DNA of 64,000 nt, taken from Candidatus Levyibacteriota bacterium. GTDB lineage: Bacteria > Patescibacteriota > Microgenomatia > Levybacterales > UBA12049. The position numbers and the translations under genes are program-made. The notes under the pieces are model-generated. The model saw only the letters and a program-made list of their open reading frames with translations. It ran no database searches and had not been told where the DNA came from. Positions 8,121 through 18,364 of the stretch are shown here, piece by piece. The stretch spans positions 746,169 to 810,168 of the forward strand of contig OY970292.1 of the NCBI GenBank assembly GCA_963716145.1, in the 5' to 3' direction. Position 1 is the first letter of the stretch. Each line of letters opens with the position of its first letter.

Positions 8121-10355
8121 ATGATGGTCAAACGATATAACAAAATAGTAAAAAAAGCAAAAAAGTTTTCCAAAACACGCCGTGTTCTTTTTATCTTTAT
8201 CTGCATCGTGTCAGCGTTGCTGGTAGCTTTTGGCCTGCTATATATTTTCCTTCTACGGGATCTTCCCTCACCTACCAAACTCACGAATACCACCGGCTCT
8301 TACTCAACCCAAATCTACGATAGGCATGGGACATTGCTTTACACTATTTACGCAGACCGCAATCAAAGCTTTATCCCGCTTGAAAAGATTCCAAAAAATC
8401 TCCAGCTCGCCACAATTGCCGTTGAGGATAAAGATTTTTACCGCCATGGAGCAGTGGACTTCCGCGGAATTGCCAGAGCGCTCTATTCAATTGCCGTTCA
8501 TAAACAGCTGCAAGGAGGCTCAACCCTTACCCAGCAATTGGTTAAAACCAGTCTCCTCACGCCTGAGAGGACAGTAACCAGAAAAATAAAAGAGGTGATT
8601 TTGGCATTTGCGACCGAGGCGCTTTACCCTAAAAACAAAATTCTTGAAATGTATTTGAATCAGGTTCCATATGGAGGAACATCGTACGGTGTTGAAGCAG
8701 CTTCTCTTGCATTTTTTGGCAAACCTGTTAAAGACTTAAGTCTTGCTCAGCAGGCATTTTTGGCCGGACTTCCCGAAGCGCCAAGCACTTTCTCCCCTTT
8801 GGGTTCGCATCCTGAGCTTGGAAAAAAACGTCAGGAGGAAATTTTGCAGAAAATGTATGAGCAGAATTACATTACCAAACAAGAAAGAGACAAGGCTTTG
8901 GCAGAAACGCTTCATTTTCAAAAAATCACCAACCCTATAAAAGCTCCGCATTTTGTGTTTTATGTCAAGGATCTATTGGTTAAAAAATATGGCGAAGATG
9001 CAGTAACGCGGGGAGGCTTGAAAGTTCAAACTAGTTTGGATCTTGACACTCAAAAATATGTCGAAGCAACTGTTTCCGCGCAGCTTGAAGATCTTGGATC
9101 ACACAATGTGGGCAACGGAGGAGCAGTTGTTACCAATCCCGCAACAGGGGAAATTCTGGCGATGACAGGCGGGAAAGATTATTTTGGTACTTCTGAACCT
9201 GAGGGATGTATAGTTGGAAAAACCTGCGTATTTGAACCAAATGTAAATGTAACAATCGCCCAGCAGGAACCCGGTTCATCAATAAAACCGATCAATTACG
9301 CGGTAGGACTTATGAAAGGCTACTCGGCAGCAACACCTTTTATTGACGCGCCAATTTGCTTCCCAATTCCAGGTGATAAACCATTTTGTCCGCGCAATTA
9401 TGATGGCCGTTTCCATGGTATTGTCTCGATGAGAACGGCACTTGGAAGTTCTTTTAATATACCGGCAGTTGAAATGTTAAAACTTAATACAGTAGACAGC
9501 ATGATAGAAACCGCACGGACGATGGGATTAAAACTTAATGATCCCAGGGGATATGGGTTATCTCTAACTCTTGGAGGTGGTGGAGTTACGATGCTTGAAA
9601 TGTCAACTGCTTTTGGGGTCTTTGCCAATCAGGGATACCGCGTCGACCTACACCCGATTCTCAAAATTACAGACAGAGACGGAAAAGTGATTGAAAATTA
9701 CAAACCTCCAAGCAGTCCTATTTTTGGCAAGAAAGTAATTCCTTCTGAAGTGGCTTTTATAATTTCAGACATCTTAAGCGATAATAACGCGCGTATTCCG
9801 GCATTTGGTGCGAATTCTCAGCTGAAAATTGACGGCAAACATGTTTCAGTCAAAACAGGAACCACCAATGATTACAAAGATAACTGGACCATTGGATACA
9901 CTCCGTCTTACTTGGTTGCCGTGTGGGTAGGAAATAATGATAATACTCCAATGTCAGGAGTTGTTTCGGGAGTAACCGGCGCGGCACCGATCTGGCATGA
10001 CCTGATGAGCCATCTTCTAGAGAATAAAAAATCCGAAATACCACAAAAGCCGCCAAATGTTTACGCCAAATATGCCTGCCTCACAACAGGAACAGCATCA
10101 ACAAGCGACAATAACAGCAAATGCGCGACACGTTTTGAATACTTTATTAGAGGCGCAGAAACCAAAAATCCAATGAGTGTCAAAAAAGAGAAAGTCTTTG
10201 TTGACAAAACAACCAACGAGCAGGCAAAGCCAGGACAAACAGAAAATGTTGAAGAGCGGGAGATGGATGTGATGATTGATGTGATAGGCAATAAATATTG
10301 CCTGGGCTGCGCTCATCCTGGATCGCCTACCCCGACTCCGGTTATACCGCACTAA
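8121..10355 (+). CDS. Class A penicillin-binding protein (PBP1A type)
   Basis: GT51 motifs EDKDFYRHGAVD, GGSTLTQQLVK and RKIKE; transpeptidase SSIK, SFN and KTGT. Confidence 0.96.
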   Translation: MMVKRYNKIVKKAKKFSKTRRVLFIFICIVSALLVAFGLLYIFLLRDLPSPTKLTNTTGSYSTQIYDRHGTLLYTIYADRNQSFIPLEKIPKNLQLATIAVEDKDFYRHGAVDFRGIARALYSIAVHKQLQGGSTLTQQLVKTSLLTPERTVTRKIKEVILAFATEALYPKNKILEMYLNQVPYGGTSYGVEAASLAFFGKPVKDLSLAQQAFLAGLPEAPSTFSPLGSHPELGKKRQEEILQKMYEQNYITKQERDKALAETLHFQKITNPIKAPHFVFYVKDLLVKKYGEDAVTRGGLKVQTSLDLDTQKYVEATVSAQLEDLGSHNVGNGGAVVTNPATGEILAMTGGKDYFGTSEPEGCIVGKTCVFEPNVNVTIAQQEPGSSIKPINYAVGLMKGYSAATPFIDAPICFPIPGDKPFCPRNYDGRFHGIVSMRTALGSSFNIPAVEMLKLNTVDSMIETARTMGLKLNDPRGYGLSLTLGGGGVTMLEMSTAFGVFANQGYRVDLHPILKITDRDGKVIENYKPPSSPIFGKKVIPSEVAFIISDILSDNNARIPAFGANSQLKIDGKHVSVKTGTTNDYKDNWTIGYTPSYLVAVWVGNNDNTPMSGVVSGVTGAAPIWHDLMSHLLENKKSEIPQKPPNVYAKYACLTTGTASTSDNNSKCATRFEYFIRGAETKNPMSVKKEKVFVDKTTNEQAKPGQTENVEEREMDVMIDVIGNKYCLGCAHPGSPTPTPVIPH

Positions 10356-10361
10356 TTTAAT

Positions 10362-10586
10362 ATGGAAAACGGAAGTTATAATAAAATATCAGGGAAAAAA
10401 ACTCTTATTTTAGTTGTAGCGCTTATTACTACAATTTTATTTCTTTCTATTTATTCTGTCTTCCTGGTATTTAGAAAATCAGCGGTAATTACAACCTCTT
10501 CCTCTTTTGAAAAGCCTGCCGCAACGACCCAACCTTCCCCCACACCCCTAACAATACCTACCTCTATCGAAAGGTTCGGGGACTAA
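10362..10586 (+). CDS. Small single-TM hypothetical protein
   Basis: 74-aa ORF directly after the PBP, with a TM and a Pro/Thr-rich tail. Confidence 0.5.
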   Translation: MENGSYNKISGKKTLILVVALITTILFLSIYSVFLVFRKSAVITTSSSFEKPAATTQPSPTPLTIPTSIERFGD

Positions 10587-10609
10587 AATAGATTTAATCC
10601 GAGCTATTT

Positions 10610-11251
10610 TTAAATTTTTAGAGCATTTTCGAGAAGTTTGAATTGCTCCGCTGGAGATTTTTCTGAATCAAATAGAAAACTTGTTGCTACGAAGCGGGTT
10701 GCGCCAAGATTTTTGGCAATCTGAATCGTTCTGTCGCTTATTCCCCCATCCACTTCAATCGGAGCATCGGTAATCTCTTTTAGATCTTTTAACTTTACCA
10801 TCGCGTCTTCATTGAACGCTTGTCCCGAGAATCCAGCTTGAACCCCCATTACAAGAATCGCGTCCAGATCAGGAAGAGGCACTTTGATCGCATCAATCCC
10901 TGTATGCAAATCAACCGCCAGTCCGGCATCGCCCAAAAGCTGAGCCTGCGCAACAAATTCCGCTTGATCGGACATCTTCTCAATTTGCCCGATAAATCTT
11001 CTAAACCCTGCGTCAGCAAAAGATTTTAAATACTTGACCGGCTCCTCTACCATAAGATGAACCTCAAAAATAAAGTCTTTTGCGTATTTCGCAAATGGAG
11101 CGGGGTCTGAAAATGTTTTATTCTTGGCAAACTTACCATCAATCACATCAATGTGAATTGAACGGGCCAAACCTTTAACTGCGAGTAGCTTTTTTTCAAT
11201 TGATGCAAATTCTTTATCTTCTGTGCCAGGACTTGGTATTATTTCAAACAT
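10610..11251 (-). CDS. rpe: Ribulose-phosphate 3-epimerase
   Basis: HIDVIDGKF, EVHLMV, VMGVQAGFSGQ, EVDGGI; adjacent to rpiB. Confidence 0.9.
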   Translation of the reverse strand: MFEIIPSPGTEDKEFASIEKKLLAVKGLARSIHIDVIDGKFAKNKTFSDPAPFAKYAKDFIFEVHLMVEEPVKYLKSFADAGFRRFIGQIEKMSDQAEFVAQAQLLGDAGLAVDLHTGIDAIKVPLPDLDAILVMGVQAGFSGQAFNEDAMVKLKDLKEITDAPIEVDGGISDRTIQIAKNLGATRFVATSFLFDSEKSPAEQFKLLENALKI

Positions 11252-11259
11252 AATAATTA

Positions 11260-11353
11260 AATTTTCAATTTGAAATTTGAAATGAAATCAAAATTTTTAA
11301 AGTTTTAAACATTAAATAATTAAAAATTCATTGAAAATTGAAAATTAAAAATT
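11260..11353. repeat. AT-rich heptamer-based imperfect inverted repeat
   Basis: Left arm aattttc/aatttga units, right arm ttgaaaa units. Confidence 0.7.
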
Positions 11354-11848
11354 GTTTTCTATCTTCTTTATCTTCTCCACTCTTCTCACATGTCTCTCGG
11401 CTGTCGCGTCAGGAGTAGCAAGCCAAGCATCTATCGCCTTCATAACGTCTTCTTCCTTTAGGAACCTAAACCCTAGCGATAGCATGTTGGCATCATTATG
11501 CTCACGAGTTAAACGAAGCATTTCTAACGGATCCGAACTCATTCTTCCTGTTATATCAGCAGCGTGAACCGGGACGGCAGGCGTATAAAATAACGCGCAG
11601 CGTACACCTTTGAATTTATTGGCAACCATCGCCTCCCCTTGTCCTGATCCGCCAAAAATTATCCCGCGTGAATCCGGATCTTTTGAAACTCTTTCAGCTG
11701 CTTTACTTATGAAATCAGGATAATCATCATCTTTGTCATATTCATATGCTCCGCAATCTTCAACTGCGTAGCCTTTCTGAGTGAGGAATTTTTTAATCTT
11801 TTCTTTTAACTCGAGGCCCGTATGATCTGTAGCAAGATAAACTTTCAT
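11345..11848 (-). CDS. rpiB: RpiB/LacA/LacB family sugar-phosphate isomerase
   Basis: LATDHTG, DDYPD, GGSGQGEAMVANKFKGVR, TREHNDANML, RHVRRV. Confidence 0.92.
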   Translation of the reverse strand: MKVYLATDHTGLELKEKIKKFLTQKGYAVEDCGAYEYDKDDDYPDFISKAAERVSKDPDSRGIIFGGSGQGEAMVANKFKGVRCALFYTPAVPVHAADITGRMSSDPLEMLRLTREHNDANMLSLGFRFLKEEDVMKAIDAWLATPDATAERHVRRVEKIKKIENNF

Positions 11849-11889
11849 CAACTACTAAAGTAGCAGAAACGGGGAGCAAACTCAATGTT

Positions 11890-12474
11890 TTATTTTCCGA
11901 CAATTACTGTGGCGTCTGTGGTAATAGAATCATCTACGGTTGTTGTAATTGCGCTTCCTGATGCTTGAGATGCCAAATCCTTTTTTAAAAGAGCTCCATA
12001 GTCACTTTTTGCTTTCTTAACTTTGACAGTAATATCTGTGTAATTAAAACTGTCAGCATTTCCGGTTAAACTAACCACATAGCCCAAACCGCTGAGATAT
12101 GTCGAGTATTTCTTTCCTGCTCCGACAACGCCTGATCCGTTAAGAACTGCAACGCTTAACTTGCTTCTATCTAGCTTGGAACTGCTAGCGCTTGGGGTAG
12201 GTGTCAACTTGACTGAAGGAGTAATTGAACCTGAGGGTGTTGAAGTAGGTGCTTCTGTTGGCTCTTCAGTCGGAGCTATTGTTGGAATAATTACAGCTTT
12301 TTGTTCAGTCTTTTTACTATTACCCAAAAAGTACAAACCTCCAACCGCTCCAGCAATCAGAAGGACTACAATCAAAAAAATACCGGCTGCTTTGCCTCTA
12401 TTAGTTGATTTCTCGGTATAAGCCGGGAAATCTGAAAACGGAACTTCATCCTTCATATAGTATCTATTCTGCAT
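11890..12474 (-). CDS. LytR C-terminal domain membrane protein
   Basis: TM, Pro/Thr linker, VAVLNGSGVVGAG, GNAD and terminal ATVIVGK; start codon uncertain. Confidence 0.85.
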   Translation of the reverse strand: MQNRYYMKDEVPFSDFPAYTEKSTNRGKAAGIFLIVVLLIAGAVGGLYFLGNSKKTEQKAVIIPTIAPTEEPTEAPTSTPSGSITPSVKLTPTPSASSSKLDRSKLSVAVLNGSGVVGAGKKYSTYLSGLGYVVSLTGNADSFNYTDITVKVKKAKSDYGALLKKDLASQASGSAITTTVDDSITTDATVIVGK

Positions 12475-12565
12475 ATAATTATTACTTAGGGGGCAGAACA
12501 AATCCGATTCTAGCATATTTTGTTTGATTTGAAAACCCTATTGTCAAAAATGCTATAATGGCATT

Positions 12566-14266
12566 ATGCCCAAAAAAATACTAGCTATTCTGTTGTCCTC
12601 TATTTTACTCGCGGTTTCTTTATTTTTCATGATAAACCCGCCTATCACGAGAGCTGATGATCTTGACGACATAAACAAGCAACTTGCACAACTTAACGAC
12701 GATTTGAATAAATCAATAGCAGCGACCAAACCAGTTGAATCCCAACTCAAGAGCATGCAGGCCCAAATTGTCAGCATAAAAAATCAAATTCCGGTGATTG
12801 AACGGGATATTGCTAGCAAGAAAAATGCAATTGATGAAGGTTATAAAAGGCTCGCAGATAAAGAAAAAATCATATCAGCAACAATACGGGATTTTTACAT
12901 CAAATCTTACAATGACTCCCCTCTTCTTATCTTTTTCACTCTTGATAACGCATCTGATGCAACCCAGGCTCTTGCATATCAGCACGCAAAAACCAAACAA
13001 GATAAGGCAATTATTACCAATATTGCGCTTTCAATAACCGACCTTGAAAAGAAAAAGGCAGAACTCGTTTATGAACAAAAATCACTTGTTACCGCCAAGG
13101 CGAGTCTGGACGAACAATCGGCAAAGCTTGACAAGATTGTCGCAGGAGCCAAAGGCTTCCAAAGTGAATTGTCCGGTAAAATAGCAGCTCTTTCGGCAAG
13201 ACAAAATGAGATTATAAACGCAAGATCCGGAAATGCTACCTTTACAATTGGCGGAGGGGGCGAGCTTGCTGATGAATATCTCGCCTCCAAAAAAGGTTTT
13301 AGTGAATCAGCTCCTGCAGGCTCATTTGGTGTATTTTCATTTGGTGCTTATACCCACAGAAAAGGTATGAGCCAGTACGGAGCGCGAGGACGTGCGCAGA
13401 GTGGCCAGGATTTTAAGACTATTCTTAAAGCATATTATGGAAAGGAACCGGCAGGAAAAGATACAGGAGGAACAATTAAAGTCGCGGGATTCGGAGAAAT
13501 GGACTTTGAAACTACTTATCTTTATGGAATTGCCGAGATGCCCTCAAGCTGGCATCCGGAAGCATTAAAAGCCCAGGCTGTTGCTGCCAGAACTTATGCC
13601 TACCGTTATAAAACTGAGGGAAAAGAAATCTGTACAACCGAAGCTTGCCAAGTATTTAACAAAGGAAAATCCGATAGCCCACCTGACGCATGGAAAAACG
13701 CTGTTAATGATACCAAAGGTCAGGTTATTGAAGACGTAACCACATACTATGCGTCAACTCACGGAGGCTATGCAGCCCCGGTTGGTTGGGATACAACAGA
13801 TGGATCGGGTGGAAGCAGTTTTATTGACAAAGCTTATGACAAAACTGGCGGTTCTCCATGGTTGTATAAAGCTTGGTGGAGACAGGGCTATAGCACATCA
13901 GGAGCAACCTGCGGTAGATCAGCTCCCTGGCTCAACTCACAGGAAATGGCAGACATAGTTAATGCAGCGATTGCTCTTAGAACAGACGGCATTGACACAT
14001 CAAGAATCACTCCTGTTACAACATCCTGCTGGGGAGGCAACCCGTACAGCATGGATGAGCTGAAAAATCTTGTTTCAGGAAAAGGTGGAATCTCCTCAGC
14101 TGACAGTGTTTCCGTTTCACAAGGCAACGGCTCAACCGGAAATGTTACAATAAACGGAGTTAGTTTTAGTGGAACTGATTTCAAACGTGCATTTAACTTA
14201 AGAGCACCGGGCTATGTATCTATTCCGCAAAGCGGCTTTGCATTTTTCAATATCGAGCACAAATAA
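12566..14266 (+). CDS. Secreted coiled-coil protein with a SpoIID/LytB peptidoglycan hydrolase domain
   Basis: Signal peptide, long coiled coil, GMSQYGA, YLYGIAEMP...EALKAQAVAARTYA, ICTTEACQV. Confidence 0.9.
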   Translation: MPKKILAILLSSILLAVSLFFMINPPITRADDLDDINKQLAQLNDDLNKSIAATKPVESQLKSMQAQIVSIKNQIPVIERDIASKKNAIDEGYKRLADKEKIISATIRDFYIKSYNDSPLLIFFTLDNASDATQALAYQHAKTKQDKAIITNIALSITDLEKKKAELVYEQKSLVTAKASLDEQSAKLDKIVAGAKGFQSELSGKIAALSARQNEIINARSGNATFTIGGGGELADEYLASKKGFSESAPAGSFGVFSFGAYTHRKGMSQYGARGRAQSGQDFKTILKAYYGKEPAGKDTGGTIKVAGFGEMDFETTYLYGIAEMPSSWHPEALKAQAVAARTYAYRYKTEGKEICTTEACQVFNKGKSDSPPDAWKNAVNDTKGQVIEDVTTYYASTHGGYAAPVGWDTTDGSGGSSFIDKAYDKTGGSPWLYKAWWRQGYSTSGATCGRSAPWLNSQEMADIVNAAIALRTDGIDTSRITPVTTSCWGGNPYSMDELKNLVSGKGGISSADSVSVSQGNGSTGNVTINGVSFSGTDFKRAFNLRAPGYVSIPQSGFAFFNIEHK

Positions 14267-14268
14267 AT

Positions 14269-14940
14269 ATGCCTGATATATTTATAAGACCAAAGAAAAA
14301 ATCAATTGAAAGAAAACCTGCCGCAATAAAAACTCCAGAGAAGCAATATGTTCCTGTACCTACTCACGTAGACAAAACAAAAGTTAAAAGTGATTCTCTC
14401 AGCATGTTTGCAACTTTTCTAAAATACCCACAAGGAATCGAACTATCAGGGCAGGATGATGACGAAAAAACTATTATTTTTTTAAGAGCTGATTTTTTCA
14501 CCAATTTTTCCTGGATTTTCAGTACAATTCTCTTTGCTCTCCTACCTCTTTTCCTGCCTTTGCTCCTGAACCTGACAAATCTCTCTGTAGATTTTTTGCC
14601 ACTGCGCCTGATTATACTCATCATCAGCTTCTACTATCTAATTCTTATTGGCTATGCTTTTGCCAATTTTGTAACCTGGTTTTATACAATCGGCATTGCG
14701 ACCGATAAAAAAGCTTTTGATATCGACTTCAACAATCTCTCATCAATTGACGTGTCAACAGTAAATTTGCAGGACGCGAGTGACGCAAAATACTCACAGC
14801 TCGGATTTTTTCAGTCATTTTTTGATTATGGAGATGTAACAATTACAATTGAAGCAACAAAAGAAAAACTTGTATTTGAGAAGGTGCCAAAACCCGCTCT
14901 TGTCGCGGATATTGTAGGCGACATGATTGGGGGAGAATAA
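14269..14940 (+). CDS. Membrane protein with a bacterial PH-like domain
   Basis: Two TMs followed by FFQSFFDYGDVTI...FEKVPKP. Confidence 0.75.
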   Translation: MPDIFIRPKKKSIERKPAAIKTPEKQYVPVPTHVDKTKVKSDSLSMFATFLKYPQGIELSGQDDDEKTIIFLRADFFTNFSWIFSTILFALLPLFLPLLLNLTNLSVDFLPLRLIILIISFYYLILIGYAFANFVTWFYTIGIATDKKAFDIDFNNLSSIDVSTVNLQDASDAKYSQLGFFQSFFDYGDVTITIEATKEKLVFEKVPKPALVADIVGDMIGGE

Positions 14941-14956
14941 GAACTTTTTAAAAATT

Positions 14957-15193
14957 ATGGATATTTTTCCGGTTTTACCAAACATTAATATAGTTTTGAT
15001 TTCTAAAATTTTCTTTCTGGTTCTTCTTGGCCTTTATATAATCTTTATTTTCATGCTTACCACTAAAATTCGCTCCTTTGACAAAATCGTTACCCTATCA
15101 GGAAGAGTAGGCAGCGGATTTATCAAATCTTTTGGCTTCTTCTACCTCCTTCTGCTCCTCTCGCTTTTTGCTCTAGCTCTTGTTATAGTATAG
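14957..15193 (+). CDS. Small 2-TM hypothetical protein
   Basis: Hydrophobic ORF tightly packed in the operon. Confidence 0.6.
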   Translation: MDIFPVLPNINIVLISKIFFLVLLGLYIIFIFMLTTKIRSFDKIVTLSGRVGSGFIKSFGFFYLLLLLSLFALALVIV

Positions 15194-15195
15194 AT

Positions 15196-17085
15196 ATGGT
15201 CAGCCTGTCATTTGCCAAACTGGTTGCTACACCCACGGACACTTCATGGTCTCAAGTTTATAATGCCGGCAATCTTTTTGCATCCCTCTCTTTATCAAAA
15301 ACGGAAACTGAGGAAGAGGTCTTTCTGCATTCCATAGGAAAAGAGATGTTCGCCAATTTAGAGGCGGAATTTTTCACTCTTGAGGACAAAAGTCTGCAAA
15401 GTATCAAAGATGCTATTGCCAATAGCACGCATATCATTCCCTCAGGTGTTTCTGCCAATTTAAGCCTGGCTTACTTTAAAGGCAACATTCTCTACCTGTT
15501 TATCTATGGGGCAGGCACAGTTACTATAAAGCGGGGTGGAAAAGTCGGAACTTTGCTTGAAGAAAAGTCTACAGAAAATACGGAAATAGTTTCATCTTCT
15601 GGATTTTTAGAACAAAATGATACCATTGTTCTCCAAACTCCACAATTTGCAAAAGATATGCCCATGGAAACAATCTCCTCAGCGCTTGATTTAAGCCTAC
15701 CAAACGATATTGCTGAGGCACTCTCCCCCGCGATGCATGAGAAGGATGACGGCTCGCCTCGCGTCGAAGCGGGTGGACAGGCAGCAATTATAATAGAATA
15801 TAAGGAGGCTAGTCCTCAGCAAGAAAAGCAATCATCCGAAATTGAAACCCCGGATAAATCTTTCTCGGAAATCGAAGAAATCCCAAATAAAGAGCAGACA
15901 GATATTGCTGAAAAGTCTATTCATGAAAACCTCGGAGAAATCGAAGAAATCACTGTTGAAAAAGACGAATTAGACGTAATTATTGCTGAGAACATATCAT
16001 CAACTCATTCTAAAAAACCATCTTTTTTTTCAAGACTAAGACTCTCTTCCATATTTACCTCATTCAAGCCCGCGTTCCAAGGAAATAAAAACACAATTCA
16101 GCTCAATCACAGAAAAAAACTTTTCTTAAGTATAGCCGTTATAATACTTATTCTTCTTGTTGTGAGTATCTCACTCACCAAGAAAAAGCAGGATGATAGC
16201 AAAACCCAGGCGCTCTTCAACTCTGTCTATACCCCGGCATTTGCGGATTATGAAAAGGGACTGGGTATTGAGAGCATAAATAAAGATTTTGCACGAAGTG
16301 ATTTCCAAAAAGCGCAAAAAAAATTAACAGAGAATAAAGATAAATTCAAAAAAGGCTCAACTGAAGAAAAACAGATATCAGAGTTGCTTTCCAAAGTAAA
16401 CTCAGAACTGGGAGGAACAACAAGTGCCACAAAAATTACGCCAAAAGCGGTAACTTTAAGTGATGCAGACTTGCTGAGTGTGGAAAAAGATAATTCTGGC
16501 GGCATTGCTTACACTGTAAATAAAGACTCTGTTGATTATTTGACAGAGAAAGCTGTTGTTTCGGTTGATAAGGCGGGTAAAACAAAAGACATTATAGAAA
16601 ATGATAATGATTGGGAAAAGGGCGTTGGGTTGGCTGCATATCAGGGCAACATTTATATTCTGGATACAAAAAACGGTGTTCTTAAATTTACTGCCGGTTC
16701 AGATGGATTTGGCCAGACTAGCTACCTCAAAGAAAAACCAGACTTGAGTAATGCTTCCTCAATAGCGATTGACGGTTCTGTCTGGATTTTATTAAAGGAT
16801 GGAAATATATTGAAATATACCAGAGGCGTGTCTGATGGACTCAAAGTAAAAGGATTGGATAAGCAAATGTCCGGAGCAAGCAGAATATTTACCAATATTG
16901 ATACGGAAAATCTCTATGTTCTGGATCCTGGGAACTCAAGAATTGTAAAGTTCAATAAAGACGGTAATTTCCAAACTCAATACAGCGCGGATATTTTAAA
17001 GAGTGCCAAGGACCTGGAAGTCAGTGAAAAAGACGGCAAAATCCTCGTGCTATCAAATGGTAAAACCTGGGAAATACCACTCTAA
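15196..17085 (+). CDS. Membrane protein: degenerate PP2C-like N-domain, TM, C-terminal beta-propeller
   Basis: LYLFIYGAGTVTIKRGG / SSGFLEQNDTIVL; one TM; propeller-like repeats GNIYILD, IDGSVWIL, NLYVLDPGNSRIVKF. Confidence 0.7.
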   Translation: MVSLSFAKLVATPTDTSWSQVYNAGNLFASLSLSKTETEEEVFLHSIGKEMFANLEAEFFTLEDKSLQSIKDAIANSTHIIPSGVSANLSLAYFKGNILYLFIYGAGTVTIKRGGKVGTLLEEKSTENTEIVSSSGFLEQNDTIVLQTPQFAKDMPMETISSALDLSLPNDIAEALSPAMHEKDDGSPRVEAGGQAAIIIEYKEASPQQEKQSSEIETPDKSFSEIEEIPNKEQTDIAEKSIHENLGEIEEITVEKDELDVIIAENISSTHSKKPSFFSRLRLSSIFTSFKPAFQGNKNTIQLNHRKKLFLSIAVIILILLVVSISLTKKKQDDSKTQALFNSVYTPAFADYEKGLGIESINKDFARSDFQKAQKKLTENKDKFKKGSTEEKQISELLSKVNSELGGTTSATKITPKAVTLSDADLLSVEKDNSGGIAYTVNKDSVDYLTEKAVVSVDKAGKTKDIIENDNDWEKGVGLAAYQGNIYILDTKNGVLKFTAGSDGFGQTSYLKEKPDLSNASSIAIDGSVWILLKDGNILKYTRGVSDGLKVKGLDKQMSGASRIFTNIDTENLYVLDPGNSRIVKFNKDGNFQTQYSADILKSAKDLEVSEKDGKILVLSNGKTWEIPL

Positions 17086-17093
17086 TGCTTGAC

Positions 17094-17849
17094 TTACCTT
17101 CGAGAAGATCGGTACTTTTCTCCAACTCCATGAACAGTTTTTCCCGGATATGCACCTCTTACGGCATCGTAAACAACTCCTGCTGTTCTTCCACGCAAAA
17201 CTAAATCAACAAAGATGCCTATTTCTCTTTTTGAGCTAAATACCTGCTGACCGTCTTCGGTTTTTGGTAATACTACACGTTTACTTCCCATATTGGGTGC
17301 TGCTGGTTTCAACTCAAAACACTCTCGTCGTACATTCTGAACAACAAATTGTCTATGCAATTCTGCGCGATGATAGTCTGTGCTCAACGGAGCAATAATT
17401 CCCACTTTAGACGACAAAAGCTCATTTATAGACAGAGGGATTTCATTTCTCTTGATATAACTGTGAGTTAACCCTGCTTCCCAGTCACGATCAAGTGATT
17501 TTGCATCACTTGTTAAACCATCAACAGATTCGCCTTCATTCCTGTTCCAATAAGTAGTTGTAGGATATTTTGCGTATTTAATACGCAACTCTTTAATAAT
17601 AAGATCCAGCTGTTCTCGTTGATCCTGCTGAGAATCTACTGAAATAGCTGCAACTATCAATTGAGCCGTTACAATTGCCAATCTTTCAGAATCTCTCAAT
17701 ACACCTTGCTCTTCTGCTTCTCTCTCCGGCGTAGTAATCTCCTCTCCCTTTTCTGCTGCAACTAGAGCAGCCGATCTCATACATCGGGTCAACCATACTG
17801 CATGGCCTACTCTCCCCGTATCCTCTTTGGAAAGCAAGGTTTCTTTCAT
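17094..17849 (-). CDS. Hypothetical protein
   Basis: Long ORF with a TATAAT-like box upstream; no recognisable motif. Confidence 0.6.
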   Translation of the reverse strand: MKETLLSKEDTGRVGHAVWLTRCMRSAALVAAEKGEEITTPEREAEEQGVLRDSERLAIVTAQLIVAAISVDSQQDQREQLDLIIKELRIKYAKYPTTTYWNRNEGESVDGLTSDAKSLDRDWEAGLTHSYIKRNEIPLSINELLSSKVGIIAPLSTDYHRAELHRQFVVQNVRRECFELKPAAPNMGSKRVVLPKTEDGQQVFSSKREIGIFVDLVLRGRTAGVVYDAVRGAYPGKTVHGVGEKYRSSRR

Positions 17850-17909
17850 AATAGGTGCGATTATAACAATAAAATCAGTAATAATCAATCTTATAGGACA
17901 ATAAACACC

Positions 17910-17935
17910 AAAAAGCCTCCGATTAAGGAGGCTTT
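17910..17935 (-). terminator. Intrinsic terminator of ssrA
   Basis: Hairpin aaagcctcc-gattaa-ggaggcttt with a U-run on the minus strand right after the tmRNA 3' end. Confidence 0.85.
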
Positions 17936-17940
17936 ATTTG

Positions 17941-18304
17941 TGGAGATGTCGATGAGTGACATCGAGTCCGAGTAAACTATCTCTGAACATCTACAAGCTT
18001 AGTCAATTTATTAAATTCAATTTTATCCTTTCCAATTGACAGGAAAATAAAATCTAGGTTTGATAAATTCAATAAAAAGTAAAACCAAACTTCTTATTTT
18101 CTTCCCAACTGTATTTATGCTCATACAGTCCCGTTGAGAAAGACTTATATGAACAGCTTTAACTCAATTAAGCTTACGCGAAATTGTAGTTATAAGCGTA
18201 ACGACTTTCATCGTTAGCATTTATATTTTGATCGGTTTTACGGCTTTGATCATTGCCGGCTTGCAGTTTTTAAGGTACTTTTCCCGTCGAATCAATTCAT
18301 CCCC
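17941..18304 (-). ncRNA. ssrA: tmRNA; tag ORF 18174-18218 encodes ANDESRYAYNYNFA*
   Basis: 5' GGGGATG...TTCGAC pairs with 3' CATCTCC-A, including G3.U70; resume context ATAAAT-GCT; directly downstream of smpB. Confidence 0.95.
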
Positions 18305-18309
18305 TTTTA

Positions 18310-18336
18310 CCCGCCGTAGCTTTATGCGAAGGAGGG
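18310..18336. repeat. REP-like hairpin CCCGCCGTAGCTTTATGCGAAGGAGGG
   Basis: GC-rich imperfect palindrome 5 nt from the tmRNA 5' end. Confidence 0.6.
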
Positions 18337-18364
18337 CTACATTCTCAGTAAAAGCGAATATTGA

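Noticed and set aside
10534-10588. Possible degenerate palindrome at the end of the small ORF
   Set aside because: The pairing is too weak, and I saw no second copy in the window.
17094-17940. Element integrated at the ssrA 3' end
   Set aside because: No duplicated ssrA end is visible, and the terminator follows directly.
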